Shown: positions 25,905 through 34,330 of the stretch, piece by piece | How positions within the stretch are numbered: position 1 is the first letter of the stretch | How the letters are laid out: each line of letters starts with the position of its first letter | Origin: Nanobdellota archaeon | Lineage (GTDB): Archaea; Nanobdellota; Nanobdellia; Parvarchaeales; Parvarchaeaceae | Reading direction: 5' to 3' | DNA length: 61,035 bases | Assembly (NCBI GenBank): GCA_021846665.1 | Contig: JAJZWM010000003.1 | Span: forward strand, 1-61,035 | Translations under genes and position numbers: made by a program | The notes under the pieces: model-generated | What the model saw: the letters and a program-made list of their open reading frames with translations, nothing else | Database searches by the model: none | Told to the model about the DNA's origin: nothing

Positions 25905-27544
25905 TTTTCAAACCCATCAATATATATTTCTGCCAACGAAATGGGTAATTCTATTCCAAAAGAATTCAAAACCCTAGGGTGAAGCTCACCTGCAAAGCCA
26001 ATATTTTTTCCATCTACAATTATATTATAAGCCCTTCCAGTTATGAAAGTTTTGATATATTTATTATCAATGTAATTTGTTGATATTGATTTAATTTCGA
26101 ATACATCTGAAAGTGCTTTTTTTATTATTGCTAAAGTATCTGTTACATTTGCATCCCTCTCACATGATACAAATGAAAGTTTTAGCCTATTTTTGAACGT
26201 TACATCAGAATTTCCTTCTTGTACTATTTCCGATACTGAGAAAATTTTTTGAGGGAACTTCTTATGCAAATTATTTGAAATAAGCCTCAATAACTCAGGA
26301 AAAACATACCTGCTAACCATAGTAACGTCGCCACTCTTAAGTTGCAGAAGGCTTACGTAATCATCTCCTTCAATGAAAGTATTTGTAAATTGATATCTTT
26401 CATTAGTAAGCGCATTTATATCTATCTCTTGATAGCCAAAACCAACTAATACCTCCTTTATGTTCTGTATTAAGTAATGATTAGAAAGAAAATTACCCTC
26501 TGTATAGGAATGTGGAACTTTTTCATTTATATTATCAACTCCAAAAGATCTCATTATATCATCGATTATATCAACTTGATGCATTATATCCTGTCTATAA
26601 AAAGGTGGCTTAACAACAATATCCTTCCCAATAGTTTTAATACTATAATCCATATCTGAGAGTATTTTTATCACCTGCTCTTTTGTTATTCTTTTACCGA
26701 GTACAGATTCTATGGAATCCTCATTTAAATAAAACTCATGCGTTTCCAATGAAAAACCAGTAGATATCGCATTACTTCTGTATTTTGTTTGTATAACTGA
26801 AACATTACCAAGAAACTGAAAGTTATATATAAGTATCTTAGTCACTGCATTTACAGTTTCCTTATCAGTCCCAGTTACATCTATAAACAGCTCCTTTGTG
26901 TTTTCACTTATAGAATAATTATCTGCGTTTATTATGGGCGGCATAGCAATTATGTTATTCTTATTATCTACCCATACTATCGGCTTCTTAGGAATTAAAT
27001 TTCTGTATTCGATTGCCTGTTTTACTTCTTTCACTATATTATCATAGTTCTTTGAAGAAGAGCTGCCAAGTGGTATGAAATTTATATCCTCTTTTTTAAC
27101 CTCACGGTATCTTATTGGAAATAATATCTTTTCATAGTCAAAAAAACCTATAGCAGATTTTTTCCTGTTCCTCCCAACGTTTTTATCTAATCTTTCCTGA
27201 ATAGAAATAATCTCATTTAAATTATCTCCTACTTTTTCATTAAGAATAACATGGAGGGTATTAACGAATTTCCTTTCAGTATTCTCAACCAAAACTTCTT
27301 CTTTTCCTTTTCCAATTGAAAGATTTCTTTTCATTTTTATTCCAAGCTGACTAGCAAATACATGTGCAAGTGAATATTTCGAAACTATATCTGTCCTGTC
27401 AGACGTAAGCTCAAAATTAAGCATATCCTCTCCTTCCTCTAAATCTAATCCGAATTTAAGCGCTATCTTTTCATAATCTGCAAGCTTAAGCTTTTTCCCA
27501 ATCGCTTTATTTATTTCCTCAATTCCGTAATTAAGCATTACCAT
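25901..27544 (-). CDS. pheT: Phenylalanyl-tRNA synthetase beta subunit (archaeal type)
   Basis: 547 aa, immediately downstream of pheS. B3/4 and B5 domain layout with a class II-like C-terminal domain. Confidence 0.85.
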   Translation of the reverse strand: MVMLNYGIEEINKAIGKKLKLADYEKIALKFGLDLEEGEDMLNFELTSDRTDIVSKYSLAHVFASQLGIKMKRNLSIGKGKEEVLVENTERKFVNTLHVILNEKVGDNLNEIISIQERLDKNVGRNRKKSAIGFFDYEKILFPIRYREVKKEDINFIPLGSSSSKNYDNIVKEVKQAIEYRNLIPKKPIVWVDNKNNIIAMPPIINADNYSISENTKELFIDVTGTDKETVNAVTKILIYNFQFLGNVSVIQTKYRSNAISTGFSLETHEFYLNEDSIESVLGKRITKEQVIKILSDMDYSIKTIGKDIVVKPPFYRQDIMHQVDIIDDIMRSFGVDNINEKVPHSYTEGNFLSNHYLIQNIKEVLVGFGYQEIDINALTNERYQFTNTFIEGDDYVSLLQLKSGDVTMVSRYVFPELLRLISNNLHKKFPQKIFSVSEIVQEGNSDVTFKNRLKLSFVSCERDANVTDTLAIIKKALSDVFEIKSISTNYIDNKYIKTFITGRAYNIIVDGKNIGFAGELHPRVLNSFGIELPISLAEIYIDGFEK

Positions 27545-29074
27545 TCAAAATTCACCAAACACCTTAGCAGATTCAATCCCTCTTAGAAGATCTAGGTCAG
27601 TATAAGCACCATAAAGATCTCTTATATCCGACATACCAAGTTTAAGATTCAACATCCTTTCCATTCCAAAACCCCATGCAATTATGTTTTTATTTATTCC
27701 AAAAGGCTTAAGAGTTTCTGGCCTAAAAACACCTGAATTTCCGACTTCAAGCCATTTTTTAAGCTTAGGACTGAACGCCTGTATTTCTAAGCTGGGTTCA
27801 GTATAAGGATTATAAGTTGGTTTAAGTCTTATATTCTCTATTCCAATCTTTCTATAAAATTGTTTTATGTAACCTATAAGATCTGAGACAGTAAGATTAT
27901 CACCATATACTACACCTTCTATCTGATAAAGCTCAAGCAAATGAGTATTATCCATAGTTTCATTTCTAAAGCCCTTGTCAACGGAAAAGAACTTTGCTGG
28001 TTTATCCTTATTCTTTGATATAAATTCATAAATATATCTAAAGGTTGTTGCGGTTGTGTGCCCGCGCATTATAAGAGAATCGCTTTTAGATTTATCAAAC
28101 GGCCTTCTATACCCTATAGATTCATTATACTTGGAAGAATAAAATCCATGTTCATAAACATCTTTTACTTCTTTAATAAGCTTAGCCGGTATGCTGGCCT
28201 TTCCTCCACTTAAGTAAACGGTATCCTGTATATCCCTGTCTGGGTGATCCTGTCTAAACATCATAACATCAAAGTTCCAAAACGTTGATTCGACGTAATT
28301 ACTATGCATTTCAGAAAATCCCATTGAAACCATAGCATCTTTTATAAATGAGATAAATTTTGTCTTAACGTTAGAGTTACCTGATAGAGAGTCAAGTATC
28401 TCAGGTTTTTCGCTGTATTCTCTGAATTTCAGCCCTTCCCAGTTTTTAATATTGTTTGGAGAAAGCTTATCTATATACTCTACTGTGAATTCACTATTCT
28501 TTAGTATTTTTATTCCAGACTGTGTTATAGAAAATTTTTCTCTTATTTCACTTACTTGTTCGATTATTCCGCGTCTTATGAGATCTGTTATACCTTCATA
28601 ATTCACATTCTGTTCCTTTTCTATTGCCTTTAAAACTTCATTTTGCTCTTCTACCTTTTTCAAGCCTTCTGGATTTACAGTTATTTTCCCCACTTCTACA
28701 TTTATTGCTAACATTTTTTTTAATACCCCTATGGCTGCATTTAACTCATTTTTCTCCATAGGGATACTTAAAAAAAGCTGTTTGTATTCTACCTCTTTAT
28801 TACCTACCAAAAACTCAAATACCCTATATTCAGGTAAGCCTTCTTTCAGATACTTCTGGCCGATAGAGGTTAGTCTTAGCTTATTTTCAGTTATATTATC
28901 AATCTTTATCAATCCAAGTGAAAAAAGTTTCCTTGCTGAGTTTATTACTGCAGCCCTCTCCAATGCGTATTTTAACTCTATTTCGCTTGAAAACATATCT
29001 TCACTTTTAATAGCAGAAAGTAAAACCTTATCCGTCTTATTAAGCATCCTTATAATTTTTTCCTCTTCCATCAT
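27545..29074 (-). CDS. pheS: Phenylalanyl-tRNA synthetase alpha subunit
   Basis: Class II motifs (FRQDHPDRD, LMRGHTTATT, FRNE, GFGMERM) preceded by N-terminal winged-helix repeats. Confidence 0.9.
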   Translation of the reverse strand: MMEEEKIIRMLNKTDKVLLSAIKSEDMFSSEIELKYALERAAVINSARKLFSLGLIKIDNITENKLRLTSIGQKYLKEGLPEYRVFEFLVGNKEVEYKQLFLSIPMEKNELNAAIGVLKKMLAINVEVGKITVNPEGLKKVEEQNEVLKAIEKEQNVNYEGITDLIRRGIIEQVSEIREKFSITQSGIKILKNSEFTVEYIDKLSPNNIKNWEGLKFREYSEKPEILDSLSGNSNVKTKFISFIKDAMVSMGFSEMHSNYVESTFWNFDVMMFRQDHPDRDIQDTVYLSGGKASIPAKLIKEVKDVYEHGFYSSKYNESIGYRRPFDKSKSDSLIMRGHTTATTFRYIYEFISKNKDKPAKFFSVDKGFRNETMDNTHLLELYQIEGVVYGDNLTVSDLIGYIKQFYRKIGIENIRLKPTYNPYTEPSLEIQAFSPKLKKWLEVGNSGVFRPETLKPFGINKNIIAWGFGMERMLNLKLGMSDIRDLYGAYTDLDLLRGIESAKVFGEF

Positions 29075-29393
29075 ACGATAAAAATAAATCTTGTATAAAT
29101 TAAAAGGTTTTAATTACCCTCTTTTATCATCTTTTTAGTAATACGTGGCCCAAAAACAAAAAGGATCACAAAGAGATATGCAATGAAAATTAGAAATAAC
29201 CTTTTTTCCAATAAAGATTAAAAGCTAAGCAGCCACCGGCAGATTCTTCTTCACTACCTTTTAAAATTATAACTATTAACTAAATTACAGATATAAGCTT
29301 ATTAAAATGAATGTTAACTTTGATCTAATTTTTATAGAGTCTATTTTACCTTGTGATAAGACACTATAAATATATTAAAAATTTTTATAGCCT

Positions 29394-29903
29394 ATGATAA
29401 TAGCAATATCCGGTACACCTGGGACAGGTAAACATACTCTAGCAAAAGAACTTGCAAGAAAAACTAACTATGAAATATTAGATTTAAACAGAATTCTTAA
29501 AAAAGGAGGAAAAGAGAGGGAAGTAACACTTAAAGAGGTAAATGAAGTCTTTCAAAAGAACAAAAAAGACAACATAATTGTAGTTTCCCACTTGTCCCAC
29601 TTTATAAGATCAAAAAGCATAAATTTTGTTATAGTTCTTAGAACAGACCCGTTAATACTTATAAAAAGACTTGAAAAAAGAGGATACAAAAAGGAAAAGA
29701 TCTATGATAATGTTATCTTTGAAGCAATGAATGGAACATATGAAGAAGCGTTGAATATGAAAAGGAAGATTTTTCAGATAAATAATACAAAAAATATAAA
29801 AAGTACTGTAAAAAAAGCTATGTTAATACTTGCAGGGGAAGAAAAAGAGGAAAACATTGATTTTTCCGATAAGATACTTAAGGTAGAAAAAATGTTTAAA
29901 TAA
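29394..29903 (+). CDS. Adenylate kinase isoenzyme 6 / Fap7-like P-loop kinase
   Basis: MIIAISGTPGTGKHT Walker A motif. Size is 169 aa. Confidence 0.7.
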   Translation: MIIAISGTPGTGKHTLAKELARKTNYEILDLNRILKKGGKEREVTLKEVNEVFQKNKKDNIIVVSHLSHFIRSKSINFVIVLRTDPLILIKRLEKRGYKKEKIYDNVIFEAMNGTYEEALNMKRKIFQINNTKNIKSTVKKAMLILAGEEKEENIDFSDKILKVEKMFK

Positions 29904-29923
29904 AATGAATTTATACAATAAAA

Positions 29924-31090
29924 ATGGAAATAAAAGAGATAAAAGCGCTTAAAATACTGAATGCAAATTCCAACTTCACTATAGAAGTACTACTAACTAC
30001 TGAAAAGGGTAAATTTAGGGGTTCATCTCCTGCAGGAGAAAGCAACAGTAAATATGAAGTTAATCAGTTCAGTAAAGGTATAGATGATGAAATAAAAGCT
30101 TTTAATGAATATTTGAAAAAATTGGTTGGAAAGAAGATAAATTCTTTAGATGACATATTTTTAATAGAAAAGGAAATACCAGAAGAGTTCATAGGTGGTC
30201 CATCGCTTTCTCTATCTTATGCGTTAATTTATAGTTTAAGTGCAGATATTAACAAAGAGCCTTACGAGCTTTTTGGTAGCAAAAGTAAGGTTATGCCCGT
30301 GTGCAAAATGATCGGCGGAGGAATGCATGCCTCAGGATTAGGAATGGATATACAAGAAATACTTGTAACAACAATGGCAGACAGTAATTTTGAAAGTATA
30401 AATACTACTTTAAAAGTATATAAAAAAGTGAAAAAACTTCTTGAAGACAATACAGACAGTTTTATAGGAGGAGTCGACCCAGAAGGCGGATTTATAAGCG
30501 GATTGGATAACTATGAATCAATAAAGATAGTAAGAGAAGCAGTTGAAAGTACAATAAAAGAAAGTAGTATGGATATAAGATTAGGATTAGACTTTGCCGC
30601 ATCTACATTTTATAAAGATGGAAAATACAAATACAAAAGGCCGATATATGGAAAGAAAGAAGTTGATAGAGGCGAACAGATAGATATTACAAAAAAACTG
30701 GCAGATGAATTTGACATCTTTTATATAGAAGATCCAGTTGATGAGACTCTTCCAGAGGACTATGGAGAAGTACTAAAATTACTTAGCGGCTCAATTATAG
30801 TAGGAGATGATTTAACCGCTACTACTCCTGAAAGGCTTGAAAAGGTGCATGAATATATAAATTCGACACTAATAAAACCAAATCAAGTGGGGCTCATGTA
30901 CAAGGTAAAAGAATATTCAGAACTTGCAGATAAATTCAAAATAGACAAGGTAGTATCACATAGATCAGAGGAAACATCTATACCTATAATAGCGGACCTG
31001 GCAACTGGGCTAAACGCAAAGTATTTAAAAGTTGGAATCAATAGAGGAGAAAGAATAGAGAAAATAAATAGGCTAATTGAATTAAATTAA
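29924..31090 (+). CDS. eno: Enolase (short, divergent, catalytic residues retained)
   Basis: IQEILV, DPEGGF, LDFAAS, YIEDP, VGDDL, IKPNQVG, SHRSEET and YLKVG are collinear with the enolase catalytic and metal-binding motifs. Sits directly upstream of rps2, as in many archaea. Confidence 0.8.
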   Translation: MEIKEIKALKILNANSNFTIEVLLTTEKGKFRGSSPAGESNSKYEVNQFSKGIDDEIKAFNEYLKKLVGKKINSLDDIFLIEKEIPEEFIGGPSLSLSYALIYSLSADINKEPYELFGSKSKVMPVCKMIGGGMHASGLGMDIQEILVTTMADSNFESINTTLKVYKKVKKLLEDNTDSFIGGVDPEGGFISGLDNYESIKIVREAVESTIKESSMDIRLGLDFAASTFYKDGKYKYKRPIYGKKEVDRGEQIDITKKLADEFDIFYIEDPVDETLPEDYGEVLKLLSGSIIVGDDLTATTPERLEKVHEYINSTLIKPNQVGLMYKVKEYSELADKFKIDKVVSHRSEETSIPIIADLATGLNAKYLKVGINRGERIEKINRLIELN

Positions 31091-31092
31091 AC

Positions 31093-31692
31093 ATGGTATT
31101 TAAAAAAATAGACAAGTTAGAAGCGTATAAGACTTACGGAACGAGGATAGGAGCAAACGCAAATAACAAAGAATTTGAAAGGTTTGTCTTCAAGAAAATT
31201 CCAAACAAATTTACTATACTTAATATAAAACTTATTGATGAAAGAATAAAACTTGCTGCTAAATTCTTAAATGGCTACAAAAGAAAAAACATCCTGCTAG
31301 TATCAACACTTGATAGTGCTTACTACTCAGTTTATAACTTTTCAAAGCTCATGGGAATAAGCGTAAATTTCGGAAGATACCTTGCAGGATCGCTTACAAA
31401 TATAAGCTATAAGAATTTCTTTGAACCTAAAGTTCTATTAATAACAGATCCTAAATCAAACAGGAGAGCAATAAACGATGCAAAGAAGATAAACATACCT
31501 ATTGTTGGAATAACAAATACTGACAATAGTACAGCATTTATCGACTTAATAATACCTGGAAACAACAAAAGTGGGAATAGTATAGGATTAATATTGTTCC
31601 TACTTGCAATGAACATGGCCAAGAAAGAGGAAAAAGAAAAACTTGAAAAAGTAAGTCTTGAAGATTTTGTCTCAAAAGAGCTTGAATTTTAA
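31093..31692 (+). CDS. rps2: 30S ribosomal protein S2 (uS2)
   Basis: ...LLITDPKSNRRAINDAKKINIPIVGITNTDN... is a typical uS2 core. Confidence 0.9.
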   Translation: MVFKKIDKLEAYKTYGTRIGANANNKEFERFVFKKIPNKFTILNIKLIDERIKLAAKFLNGYKRKNILLVSTLDSAYYSVYNFSKLMGISVNFGRYLAGSLTNISYKNFFEPKVLLITDPKSNRRAINDAKKINIPIVGITNTDNSTAFIDLIIPGNNKSGNSIGLILFLLAMNMAKKEEKEKLEKVSLEDFVSKELEF

Positions 31693-31722
31693 ATATACTA
31701 CGTATAGAGTGGAGAAAAAACA

Positions 31723-32067
31723 ATGAAAGAAAAATGTGACTTCTATAAAAAAGGAAAACTTATAGCAAAAGATGTTAAATACTGTAAAACACTTTCAAGT
31801 AAGATTTTAGGTTTAATGTTTGTTTCAAGTCCAAAAGCAGGTGCTTTCTTACCAGATGTAAAGGATATACACATGAACTTTGTAAGATTTGAATTAAGAG
31901 TAATATGGCTTGATAAAAACCTAAAAGTAGTGCATCAGACTATTGCTAGAAAATGGCGGCTTTACAACGGGCCTGAAGAAGCACAGCATGTTTTGGAACT
32001 TCCTGTAGACAGAAAATATGACATAAAAGTAGGGGACAAACTACAGATTAAAATATATGAAAAATAG
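31723..32067 (+). CDS. DUF192-family protein
   Basis: GLMF...FL...IHMNFVRFELRVIWLDKNLKVV pattern resembles DUF192/COG1430. Confidence 0.5.
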   Translation: MKEKCDFYKKGKLIAKDVKYCKTLSSKILGLMFVSSPKAGAFLPDVKDIHMNFVRFELRVIWLDKNLKVVHQTIARKWRLYNGPEEAQHVLELPVDRKYDIKVGDKLQIKIYEK

Positions 32068-32971
32068 AAATGATACATTACTAATTGACAAGATAAATTC
32101 AACCTCAAAAAATGAAGAGATATTTGATTTTAGATATATCTTTCCAGGTGGAGCCTCAGTAACTCTTTCCAATAATGTTATAAAAGTAAAACTAGTAAAA
32201 AATGAAAATACGGAGCAGAATGACATACTAAAGGCACTAAGACACAGTATTCTGCAATTTAAACCTGATTCTGTCCTGGTTTCTGGAGGGATAGATTCCT
32301 CTGTTTTGGCTGCTATTGCAATTAAAGAATTTGGAGATGTAAAACTTATATCAGCAGGTACTAAAGACAGTGAAGATATTTATTACGCTGGTGTTTTAAG
32401 CAGTGAATTAAACAGCACTTTGTATAATGTAACAATAACAGAAGAAAACTTAATTCATGCTATTAAAGAACTAAAAGAATTGAAACTTGACACTTATAAT
32501 ATAATAATGGGAATAACTGAATTTTTATCAATTGAGAAGGCAAATAAGATGGGACTAAAAAGGATAGTGAGTGGAATTGGTAGCGATGAATTATTTTTTG
32601 GATTTCAAAGACACAAAACAATAAAAAAAGAGGAACTTAGTGAATTTAGAGAATATAGACTTTTTTACATGCCTGCATTAGATCTGTGGAGATTAAATTC
32701 GATTGCAAATAAATTAGATATGTCAATTGCATTTCCATACCTTAATGATAAAGTAATAGAGGCAGCTCTTTCAAAAAGCATAGAAGAGCTTGTAGAAAAT
32801 TATGATAAATTTCCAGTGCGTTCAATCGGTAAATCCCTTGGACTAAGTGGAAAAATAACGGAAAGAAGAAAAAAAGCTATGCAGTATGGCAGTGGAACTG
32901 TCAAACTTCTTAGAAATCTTTCCAAAAAAAAGAAATATGAAAACGTAGGTGAGTTTATAAAAGAAATATGA
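32057..32971 (+). CDS. Asparagine-synthetase-like PP-loop ATP pyrophosphatase lacking a glutaminase domain
   Basis: VSGGIDSS PP-loop, SGIGSDELFFGF and ...SIAFPYLNDKVIE are collinear with the AsnB C-terminal synthetase domain. Confidence 0.55.
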   Translation: MKNRNDTLLIDKINSTSKNEEIFDFRYIFPGGASVTLSNNVIKVKLVKNENTEQNDILKALRHSILQFKPDSVLVSGGIDSSVLAAIAIKEFGDVKLISAGTKDSEDIYYAGVLSSELNSTLYNVTITEENLIHAIKELKELKLDTYNIIMGITEFLSIEKANKMGLKRIVSGIGSDELFFGFQRHKTIKKEELSEFREYRLFYMPALDLWRLNSIANKLDMSIAFPYLNDKVIEAALSKSIEELVENYDKFPVRSIGKSLGLSGKITERRKKAMQYGSGTVKLLRNLSKKKKYENVGEFIKEI

Positions 32972-34299
32972 TAAAGGTAAAAGCATTTGGAGGATATAGT
33001 AAAATAGGAAAAAGCATGACTGCAATAGAGGTTGACGATGAAATCGTGTTAACCGACATGGGTGCAGACATAGAAAAGCTAGTTAATTTTGAAGAGGATA
33101 AAAATGACATAACTATAAACGACCTAACGGCGCTTATAGACAACGGGGTTATACCTGATGACAGAAACTTCTTCTTAGAAGAAGGCAAAAAAGTAAAGGC
33201 AATTGTGCTTACTCATGGCCATCTTGACCATATCTGGGCGGTTCCTTTTTTAAGTCAAAAATATAAATGCCCGATTATTGCCACACCTTTTACGATAAAG
33301 GTAATAGAGAATCTAATGAAAAACTTTAAGGTTAGATCACTTAATCTTGTACAACTAAATACAGGCACAACATACAAGATATCAGAGAACATAAAATTGG
33401 AACTTGTGAATATAACTCATTCTATACCAAACAGTTCAATGATAGCACTACACACTAAATATGGGGTAATAATATATGCAAATGACTGGAAATTTGATAA
33501 TACTCCAACACTTGGAAAGAAACCTGATTATGAAAGATTAGAAGAACTTAGAAAAGAAGGTATATTCATTTTAATATCCGATTCCACAAATGCAGAAGTG
33601 GATGGATACACATTTTCAGAAAGCGTTGTAAAGACAATGCTTGAAGATGTAATTAAAAAGAGCCTAGACAATAAAACAATATTCATATCTACATTTTCTT
33701 CGCACATAGCACGAATAAAAAACATTGTTGAAATAAGCAAAAAAATGAACAGAAATGTTATGATATTTGGAAGAAGTATGGATATGTACATAAAAGCTGC
33801 AATAAATACCGGCATAATAAATAAAGGAACTTTACCAGAGGTTATTGTAAGAAAAGAACAGATAAACAACGCACTTAAATTTGTAGCAGGAAGGCCTGGA
33901 AAATATGTGATTATCTGCACAGGCCACCAAGGAGAAAAAGGGGCATTTTTAGATAAGCTAGTAACCGGACAATATCAATACCGTCTTTCAAATGAAGATG
34001 CAGTGATATTCTCTTCAAGAACAATACCAACGCCAGTAAATGAAGCAAATAAAGGTATGCTAAAAAGTGCGCTTGAAAGCCTTAATGTGAATGTTGCAGA
34101 TAATGTGCATGTATCGGGGCATGCATCAAAGAATGATCATAAAATTCTTATAAAGATGCTGATGCCTAAACATTTGATACCATCACACGGCGGAATAGAA
34201 AAACTAAGTGCAAATATAGAACTAGCAAGGGAATTTGGATATGAACTCAATAAAAATTCACATATTCTACTTGATGGTCAGGAAATAACTTTCGAGTAA
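32968..34299 (+). CDS. rnj: Ribonuclease J (beta-CASP metallo-beta-lactamase)
   Basis: LTHGHLDHIWA (HxHxDH). Archaeal RNase J size (443 aa). C-terminal HVSGHAS motif. Confidence 0.8.
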   Translation: MIKVKAFGGYSKIGKSMTAIEVDDEIVLTDMGADIEKLVNFEEDKNDITINDLTALIDNGVIPDDRNFFLEEGKKVKAIVLTHGHLDHIWAVPFLSQKYKCPIIATPFTIKVIENLMKNFKVRSLNLVQLNTGTTYKISENIKLELVNITHSIPNSSMIALHTKYGVIIYANDWKFDNTPTLGKKPDYERLEELRKEGIFILISDSTNAEVDGYTFSESVVKTMLEDVIKKSLDNKTIFISTFSSHIARIKNIVEISKKMNRNVMIFGRSMDMYIKAAINTGIINKGTLPEVIVRKEQINNALKFVAGRPGKYVIICTGHQGEKGAFLDKLVTGQYQYRLSNEDAVIFSSRTIPTPVNEANKGMLKSALESLNVNVADNVHVSGHASKNDHKILIKMLMPKHLIPSHGGIEKLSANIELAREFGYELNKNSHILLDGQEITFE

Positions 34300-34330
34300 A
34301 GAATAAAAACGAAAACAATATTGTATTAGA

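Noticed and set aside
29110-29211. 33-codon TTG-initiated hydrophobic ORF
   Set aside because: It has a non-ATG start, no ribosome-binding site and is too short to distinguish from chance. It is mentioned only as a pointer within the long spacer.
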